Shown here piece after piece: positions 57,187-64,000 of a stretch of DNA of 64,000 nucleotides. The notes beneath the pieces are model-generated. The model was not told the DNA's origin, ran no database searches, and saw nothing but the letters and a program-made list of their open reading frames with translations. Position 1 is the stretch's first letter; each line of letters begins with the position of its first letter. The stretch spans positions 2,217 to 66,216 of the IMG/VR virus record IMGVR_UViG_3300027418_000009, one strand, 5' to 3'. The position numbers were made by a program, and so were the translations under genes. The stretch comes from a virus. Lineage: Duplodnaviria; Caudoviricetes.

Positions 57187-59280
57187 ATGGCAACAGTAAA
57201 TAAAGATTTTAAAATTAAGAGTGGTCTCATTGTTGAAGGTACAACAGCGACAGTCAACAACTTTGACGTTCTTACAAAGAAAACAGCAGATCAAAATTAT
57301 ATTATTGATCTTATTGGTGGTACAGCAACATCTGCTAACACAGCAAACACAGTTGTAAAGCGTGATGCTACTGGAGATTTTGCTGCTGGTGATATTACAG
57401 CAGACTTGATTGGTAACGTAACTGGTACAGTATCAGATATTTCAAACCACGATACCGATGATCTTGGTGAGGGCACAATTAACCAATATTTCACAAACCA
57501 AAGAGCACTTGATGCAACTAACGCTGCATATGATGCAGCAGGTACAGGAGCAGCAGAAGCAGATGTAGTAGCAGGAGATCTTTCAGATCACGAAGCAGCA
57601 ACAGCAGCACACGGTGCAACAGGTGCGGTAGTTGGAACAACGAACACACAGACATTAACAAATAAGACTATTGGAGATACACTTAACTTCACTGGGGCAG
57701 GAGCAATGACAATCAACTCTGATTCTCATATCGTTCTTACTCCAGCAGCAGGCTCTTCTGTTAAGTGGGGTGCAGATGTTCTTGCAACTCGTGGTTACGC
57801 AGATCAAGCAGAAGCAGATGCAATTTCAACAGCATCAGCAGATGCTACAACTAAGGCTGACGCAGCAGAAGCAGACGCTATCTCAGCAGCAGCAACAGAT
57901 GCAACTAACAAAGTAGCAGCAGAAGCAGCACTTAGAGTTTCTGGAGATTCAGCATCAGTTGCTACAGCATCAGCAGACGCTACTTCAAAGGCAAATGCTG
58001 CACAAGCAGCAGCAGAAGCAACAGCAGCAGCAGATGCTACTGCAAAAGCAGATGCAGCACAAGCAGCAGCAAATGCTTACACAGATGCCGAAGTTGCAGC
58101 ACTTGTTGACTCAGCACCAGCACTTCTTGATACACTTAATGAATTAGCAGCAGCAATTTCAGATAATCCAAATTATGCAACAGACCTTGCTACAGCAGTT
58201 GGTGAAAAGGTAGCAAAGGCTGGCGACACAATGACTGGAGCCTTGACATTGTCAGGTGCCCCTACATCATCATTACATGCAGCAACTAAGGGTTATGTAG
58301 ATACAGCAGAATCAAACGCTGCATCAGACGCTACTTCAAAGGCAAATGCTGCACAAGCAGCAGCAGAGGCTACAGCATCAGCAGACGCAACTACAAAGGC
58401 TAACAATGCTAAGTCAGGTGCAGAAGCAACTGCTTCATCAGATGCAACTTCAAAGGTTGCTGCAGAAGCAGCACTTAGAGTATCAGGTGATTCAGCCTCA
58501 GTAGCAACTGCTTCAGCAGATGCAACAAGCAAGGCAAACGCTGCACAAGCAGCAGCAGAAGCAACTGCTTCAGCAGATGCAACAAGCAAGGCTAACGCAG
58601 CAAAGTCTGCAGCAGAGGCCACAGCATCAGCAGACGCTACTTCAAAGGCAAATGCTGCACAAGCAGCAGCAATTGCACACGCAGATGCACTTGATACAGA
58701 TGATGTTGCAGAAGGAACAGCACAGTACTTTACAGATGCTCGTGCCAAGGCTTCAGCAGCAGATCTTTTGACTGGCGCTACAAAGACTAACATTACCATA
58801 ACAGGTTCAGGTTCAGGCCTTGTTATTACCGCAGAAAACGGTGTAGCAGATTCTGATACTGATGATCTTGATGAGGGTACAACAAACCTTTACTTCACAG
58901 ATGTCCGTGCAGTAGATGCTCTTGAAGCAGTTGTTCCAAACTTCACAGCAGTTGAGTTAAACTCAGTTGCTAAGCAAGTTGCAGCAACACTTTCAGCACC
59001 AACAGCAGGAGTTCAGACAGCCCACGCTTTTGCAAAGGCTGACTACCGTTCAGCAGAATACCTTGTAAAGGTTGCCTACGGAACACATACTGAAATCTCA
59101 AAGGTCCTCTTGACACTTGATACTTCAGACAACATTGCAATTACTGAATACGGAATTGTCGGAACAAATGGCTCAGCGTCATCAGTTTCAGCAGGTATTT
59201 CAGGATCAAACGTACAACTTCAGGTTACAACCGTTAACAATAACTCAACAGTTACTGTTGTCGGAACACTTGTTGCGTAA
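57187..59280 (+). CDS. long tail fibre-like protein with Ala-rich coiled coil
   Basis: DATSKANAAQAAAEA repeats; AP..LDTLNELAAA; DTDDL.EG..N.YFT repeats. Confidence 0.75.
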   Translation: MATVNKDFKIKSGLIVEGTTATVNNFDVLTKKTADQNYIIDLIGGTATSANTANTVVKRDATGDFAAGDITADLIGNVTGTVSDISNHDTDDLGEGTINQYFTNQRALDATNAAYDAAGTGAAEADVVAGDLSDHEAATAAHGATGAVVGTTNTQTLTNKTIGDTLNFTGAGAMTINSDSHIVLTPAAGSSVKWGADVLATRGYADQAEADAISTASADATTKADAAEADAISAAATDATNKVAAEAALRVSGDSASVATASADATSKANAAQAAAEATAAADATAKADAAQAAANAYTDAEVAALVDSAPALLDTLNELAAAISDNPNYATDLATAVGEKVAKAGDTMTGALTLSGAPTSSLHAATKGYVDTAESNAASDATSKANAAQAAAEATASADATTKANNAKSGAEATASSDATSKVAAEAALRVSGDSASVATASADATSKANAAQAAAEATASADATSKANAAKSAAEATASADATSKANAAQAAAIAHADALDTDDVAEGTAQYFTDARAKASAADLLTGATKTNITITGSGSGLVITAENGVADSDTDDLDEGTTNLYFTDVRAVDALEAVVPNFTAVELNSVAKQVAATLSAPTAGVQTAHAFAKADYRSAEYLVKVAYGTHTEISKVLLTLDTSDNIAITEYGIVGTNGSASSVSAGISGSNVQLQVTTVNNNSTVTVVGTLVA

Positions 59281-59315
59281 TAAAAAATAAAAATAGTTGG
59301 AAGAGGGAGTAGTAA

Positions 59316-59765
59316 ATGACAACAGTCGCAAAAGACTTCAAGGTAAAGAATGGACTCATCGTTGCAAACGGTGGTTCTTTTGGCGGGACAGTTGAGGTAG
59401 CAACACCTACATCAAATAGCCACGCAGCAACCAAGGAGTATGTTGACTCAAGATCAATGGCTGTTGGCGCTACTGCTCCTTCTTCACCAACTAATGGAAC
59501 AATGTGGTTAGACACTGCAACAAACAGAGTTAACTTCTATTACGATGGAACTTGGTATACCCAAGCAACTATTGATGATACAAATAATCTTCCAGAACAC
59601 ATTCACGATACTGCAATTGATGGAACAGGTTTCATCGTTTCGCAGTTCTATAATGGAGGAAGTTTTAACAGCCCATTGGGTGTAGGATTAGATGCAGGTG
59701 GACCAGACTCAACAGTTTGGACAGTTGTTTTTGATGGCGGTAGTGCAGTAGATAACTTCAATTAA
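59316..59765 (+). CDS. tail-associated protein
   Basis: KDFKVKNGL N-terminus shared with 57187; HAATK.YVD. Confidence 0.6.
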   Translation: MTTVAKDFKVKNGLIVANGGSFGGTVEVATPTSNSHAATKEYVDSRSMAVGATAPSSPTNGTMWLDTATNRVNFYYDGTWYTQATIDDTNNLPEHIHDTAIDGTGFIVSQFYNGGSFNSPLGVGLDAGGPDSTVWTVVFDGGSAVDNFN

Positions 59766-59819
59766 ATTGATGTTATAATAAGATAGATAATAATGGGCAG
59801 CACCCATAAGGAGATATAA

Positions 59820-61982
59820 ATGGCAACTAGAATGCAACAGCGCAGAGGAACTGCGACACAATGGACAACAGCAAACCCAACTTTAGCCCCAGGCGAAATT
59901 GGATTCGAAACAGATACCAACCAGTTTAAAATTGGTGACGGTGTTAATCAGTGGGAAGACCTATCTTACTTCAAGAACCTTGAAGATCTAGGTGGCTCAC
60001 TAGATGATTATGTCCCTCTTACTACAAAAGGCCAAGCAAATGGCGTTGCCTCTCTTAATGCTCAAGGAGTCATTCCTTCTGAGCAAATTCCTTCTCTAGT
60101 CGGCCTTGATACAGAAATTACAACTGCTGTAAATAATGCAGTTACCGCACTTGTTGATGGCGCTCCTTTAGCCCTTAATACACTTAACGAGTTGGCAGCA
60201 GCAGTAAATGATGACGCATCATACGCTGCATCAATGACTCTTATTACTGACCAACTAGCAGAAAATTTAAGTGATCACGAAGTAGATACTACAACACACG
60301 GCGCAACAGGAGCAGTTGTTGGAACAACTAACACTCAGACATTAACTAATAAGACAATGTCTGGTGCAAGCAATACTTTTAGCGCAATCCCACAATCAGC
60401 AGTTACTGATTTGGTTTCAGATATCTCAACAATTGAGACTGACATTACTACTATTGAAGGAAACATTTCTGGCCTAAATACTGCTGTAGGACTTCGTGCC
60501 ACATCAGCAGACCCAACATTCACAGGAACAGTTATTCTTCCAGCAACAACATCAATTGGTACACTTACTTCAACAGAACTAGGATATCTTGATGGAATTA
60601 CTTCATCAGTTCAAACACAACTAGATGCTAAAGCAGAGTCTTCTTCAATTACTGAAGCAGCACAAGAAGCAGTAAACGCTGCCCTAGTTGCGGGTACAGG
60701 ATTAGACAAGACCTATGATGATGAAGCAAATACAATTACTATTGACATAGATTCAACAGTAGCAACTAAGACTTATGCAGATAATGCAGTAACAACTCAC
60801 AAAGATGCTACAACAAATATTCACGGCATTGTAGACACTGCAGCACTCGCAACTAAGACTTATTCGGACTCAGCAGTAAGCACACACTCTATTGATACAA
60901 CAGATGTACATGGTATTGCAGATACTTCAGCACTAGCATTGACAGCGACAGTTAACACAGCGCTTGATCTAAAAGCACCCCTAGCATCCCCTACTTTTAC
61001 AGGTACGGTATCTGGTGTTACTAAGACACATGTAGGCCTAGGAAATGTTGATAACACAACAGATGCACTAAAGCCAGTTTCAACTGCTACACAGACAGCA
61101 CTTGATGCAAAACTTGATTCCTTAACTGCTTCAACAACATATGCACCATTATCTTCTCCAACATTTACAGGGACTGTAACACTTCCTGCTAATACAATTT
61201 CACAATCAATGATGAGTGACGATTCGGTTGGAACAAACGAAATTGTTGCACTTGCAGTAACAGAAGGAAAAATTGCAGACGGAGCAATAACAAACGCAAA
61301 AGTTTCAGCCACTGCAGCAATTGCAACATCTAAAATTTCAGGACTTGACACAGCCCTTGGACTACTAGCACCAATCGCTTCTCCTACTTTTACTGGCACA
61401 GTTGCTGGTATTACTAAAGGAATGGTTGGGCTTGGTCTTGTAGATAATACTGCAGATACAAGTAAGCCAGTTTCAACAGCCCAGGCTTCAGCAATTGCTA
61501 CTGCTAAATCAGAAGCAATCGCAGATGCTACATCACAAGTAAATGCTCTTCTCACAGGAGCACCAGCAGCACTCAACACTCTTGATGAGTTAGCAGCAGC
61601 CCTTGGTGATGACGCAAACTTTGCTTCAACAGTTACAACATCACTTGCTGCAAAGACTCCAGAACTTTATACATTTACACCTGATGCAACAACAACAAGA
61701 GTTCTTGCTCTTGGCGATAAGTTCGCATCAATTAAATTTACAGGAGCAACAGCAACAAGTATTACTGTACCAACCAACGCATCAGTAGCGTTCCCAGTCG
61801 GAACGTACATTGAATTTTATCAATTTGGTGCAGGACAACTAACAGTAACTGCAGTAACTCCAGGAACAACATCAATTAGATCAACAGATTCTCAGAATAA
61901 GTCAAGAACTCAGTACTCATCTATGGTTTTAGTCAAGGTAGATACTGATGAATGGCTACTTACTGGAGATCTAACAGCATAA
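59820..61982 (+). CDS. tail fibre protein
   Basis: QQRRGTA..W...NP.L..GEIGFETDT..FKIGDG N-terminus; APLASPTFTG and VGLGNVDNT repeats. Confidence 0.8.
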   Translation: MATRMQQRRGTATQWTTANPTLAPGEIGFETDTNQFKIGDGVNQWEDLSYFKNLEDLGGSLDDYVPLTTKGQANGVASLNAQGVIPSEQIPSLVGLDTEITTAVNNAVTALVDGAPLALNTLNELAAAVNDDASYAASMTLITDQLAENLSDHEVDTTTHGATGAVVGTTNTQTLTNKTMSGASNTFSAIPQSAVTDLVSDISTIETDITTIEGNISGLNTAVGLRATSADPTFTGTVILPATTSIGTLTSTELGYLDGITSSVQTQLDAKAESSSITEAAQEAVNAALVAGTGLDKTYDDEANTITIDIDSTVATKTYADNAVTTHKDATTNIHGIVDTAALATKTYSDSAVSTHSIDTTDVHGIADTSALALTATVNTALDLKAPLASPTFTGTVSGVTKTHVGLGNVDNTTDALKPVSTATQTALDAKLDSLTASTTYAPLSSPTFTGTVTLPANTISQSMMSDDSVGTNEIVALAVTEGKIADGAITNAKVSATAAIATSKISGLDTALGLLAPIASPTFTGTVAGITKGMVGLGLVDNTADTSKPVSTAQASAIATAKSEAIADATSQVNALLTGAPAALNTLDELAAALGDDANFASTVTTSLAAKTPELYTFTPDATTTRVLALGDKFASIKFTGATATSITVPTNASVAFPVGTYIEFYQFGAGQLTVTAVTPGTTSIRSTDSQNKSRTQYSSMVLVKVDTDEWLLTGDLTA

Positions 61983-62016
61983 CAGTATTAAAAAAAACGA
62001 AACCAGGGAGATTTAA

Positions 62017-63744
62017 ATGCCAAGAAAAACAGGAGGAAGATCCGCAAAGGTATCTTCAAGATTAAAGGCCTTAAAGAATGTTATAGAAACATTTGTTCGT
62101 TCTGACTCTGCCAGTCTTGGCAAGACAGCAACAGGGGCTTCTTGGTCCAATGTTCGTGGATCTTGGGGTATTTCATCAAACATGGCATCGTCTTCTGATT
62201 CAGGATCATCATACCCACTAGCAACCCTCAACTTTTCTGAACAAGATGTAACCATAACAGCCAAGGGCGTAGGCCCAGGAGTTGGAACAGCCTTTTGGGT
62301 AACAGACTCAAATAACTGGTGGGGAACATATGTTGATACAGAGCAAGTTTGTCAAACATGTTCATCTGGCGGAAACTGTTCTACTTATGGAACTGTTTTA
62401 AATCAAGCATCTACTTGTTCAACTTACGGAACTGTTTTAAATCAAGCATCTACTTGTTCTACTTATGGAACTCAAGTTAATGCTAACTCTACCTGTGCTA
62501 CTTACGGAAATGTAATGAATGTGGCACCATCTTGTTCAACTTACGGAACTGTAATGAACGTTGCATCAAACTGTGCTACATACGGAACAAACTACGGAGT
62601 AGGAAACTGTGCTTCTTATGGTACAAACTATTCTGGTGGTAACTGTGCAGCATATGGAGTTGTTTCATACTCTGGTGGTAACTGTGCAGCATATGGTGTA
62701 ACCTCTTATAGCGGTGGAGGATGTACCTCTTATGGAGTTTCTGGTTACAGTGGAGGAGGATGTACCTCTTATGGAGTTTCTGGTTACGGTGGAGGAGGAT
62801 GTTCTGCTTATGGAACTGTCATGAACTCAGCAGGTGGCTGTTCAACATATGGTCAAGGCGCAGTTACTTATGGATTAGTAGCAACAGGTACACCTTACGG
62901 TGGCAGTGGTGGAAATGCTTCCCCATGTTCAAACTGTGGATCATGTCCAACAGGAACATCTTGTCGAAACCTTGGTAGACCAACTACATGTAACGCATAT
63001 TCAGCAGCAGCATATGGAATTACTTGTAACGCAACTGCTGCAACAAACGTATCTTACGGATGTACAGGATATGCTCCAACAAACGTAAACTATGGCTGTG
63101 CATCATTTGCTGCAACAAGCGCAGTATATGGATGTACTTCAACAAATGCAGTAAATCCAAACTATGGATGTACTTCAGCCAATGCAACTGTGGCCTCTAC
63201 ATTCTGTGCAAGCACAAACTACACATCAGCAACTTTCTGTGCAACAGCAAATTCCGCAGTGTATGGAACTCAGTGTAATGCTAACAACGCAGCAGTATAT
63301 GGCACACAGTGTAATGTTTACAACGCAACAGTCTATGGAACAGTATGTAATGCTAACAACGCAGCAGTATATGGCACACAGTGTAATGCTACCAATACAG
63401 CAGTATATGGAACTCAATGTAATGCCACCAACGCTCTTGTATACTCAGCCTGTAACTGTGTAAATAATGACAAGGTTAAGATTATTAAAAATGTTGCGGG
63501 AACCATTTCAACAGTGGCAACCCTAGCATTTGCTGGAACAATCGCAGCAATTAAAACAGTACTATCTGGAAACTCAGTAACTGTATCAGCATATTCTAAT
63601 ACAGGTGCTACCACTCAAATTGGATCAAGCCAAGCAACTACGATCTCTGGTCAAACAAAGAGCAAAGTTCATGGTATACTTAAGGGAGCAGTTACTTATG
63701 GCGCTGCTGCCACAAGTACTATTGATCAATTTGAGGTGAGTTAA
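62017..63744 (+). CDS. putative receptor-binding protein with inserted Cys-ladder repeat
   Basis: Beta-rich flanks; 34 Cys within CxxYG / YGxxC repeats. Confidence 0.75.
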   Translation: MPRKTGGRSAKVSSRLKALKNVIETFVRSDSASLGKTATGASWSNVRGSWGISSNMASSSDSGSSYPLATLNFSEQDVTITAKGVGPGVGTAFWVTDSNNWWGTYVDTEQVCQTCSSGGNCSTYGTVLNQASTCSTYGTVLNQASTCSTYGTQVNANSTCATYGNVMNVAPSCSTYGTVMNVASNCATYGTNYGVGNCASYGTNYSGGNCAAYGVVSYSGGNCAAYGVTSYSGGGCTSYGVSGYSGGGCTSYGVSGYGGGGCSAYGTVMNSAGGCSTYGQGAVTYGLVATGTPYGGSGGNASPCSNCGSCPTGTSCRNLGRPTTCNAYSAAAYGITCNATAATNVSYGCTGYAPTNVNYGCASFAATSAVYGCTSTNAVNPNYGCTSANATVASTFCASTNYTSATFCATANSAVYGTQCNANNAAVYGTQCNVYNATVYGTVCNANNAAVYGTQCNATNTAVYGTQCNATNALVYSACNCVNNDKVKIIKNVAGTISTVATLAFAGTIAAIKTVLSGNSVTVSAYSNTGATTQIGSSQATTISGQTKSKVHGILKGAVTYGAAATSTIDQFEVS

Positions 63745-64000
63745 TTGGACGAGTATAAAAAATTATCTAAGCAGTTTAAAAAGCAAAAGAGATCTGATGC
63801 TTTGGGTCGCCTTGCTCATAAAACTAGAAGAATAAACCCCTACCCAAGATTAAAGTATAAGTATCTTACTAAGAAAAACATTGCCCCAGATGTTTCTACT
63901 ATCACTGAAAATATTGCATTTGTAATTGATGGTCAAGTTGTAGAAATTATTCATTGTCAGCCAAAAATGGCTGCAATCCTTCTTAGTTCTCCAGAGATAG
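63745..64000 (+). CDS. partial hypothetical protein (VIDG family), runs off the window
   Basis: Open frame from TTG: ...NIAFVIDGQVVE...AAILLSSPEI. Confidence 0.55.
   Translation, partial: MDEYKKLSKQFKKQKRSDALGRLAHKTRRINPYPRLKYKYLTKKNIAPDVSTITENIAFVIDGQVVEIIHCQPKMAAILLSSPEI

Noticed and set aside
58293-61579. Minus-strand ORFs 58293..58799 and 60860..61579
   Set aside because: Antisense shadows of Ala/Thr-rich fibre genes
62350-63459. Cys repeats as a diversity-generating retroelement target
   Set aside because: No reverse transcriptase and no template/variable repeat pair with adenine-specific differences seen in the window
1-64000. Stop-codon reassignment, integrase, IS elements, introns or inteins
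   Set aside because: Genes are intact under the standard code using all three stops; no recognisable recombinase, transposase or splicing motifs

Overview
64 kb of a large, AT-rich tailed dsDNA phage genome. The host is most likely an actinobacterium (WhiB, actinobacterial-type small proteins, leaderless TGnTATAAT promoters); a freshwater acI-like host is an inference. 1-24 kb (+): RuvC-like resolvase, terminase, long surface/adhesin-like proteins, proteasome-beta-like and subtilisin-like proteases, CHAP endolysin, thermonuclease, two thioredoxins, WhiB, a glycan-modification cluster, Hsp20, PstS. Seven tRNAs. 24-42.5 kb (mostly -): early-type region of small genes with highly structured intergenic DNA and a candidate origin. 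A G-tract array near 42.55 kb marks the switch in transcription direction. 44-64 kb: methylase, glycosyltransferases and tail/fibre genes. The main unexplained signals: (i) seven copies of a covarying H-type pseudoknot at 3' ends; (ii) three structured elements built from paired UGAGCC..GCAAAUAA modules just downstream of early promoters; (iii) intergenic cassettes stacking CRP-like boxes, DnaA boxes, a TGTCAG promoter box and other motifs in a recurring order; (iv) two candidate ncRNAs, one carrying 16S rRNA-like loops; (v) a tail-region protein with a mirror-symmetric cysteine ladder. All calls are by eye; no searches were run.
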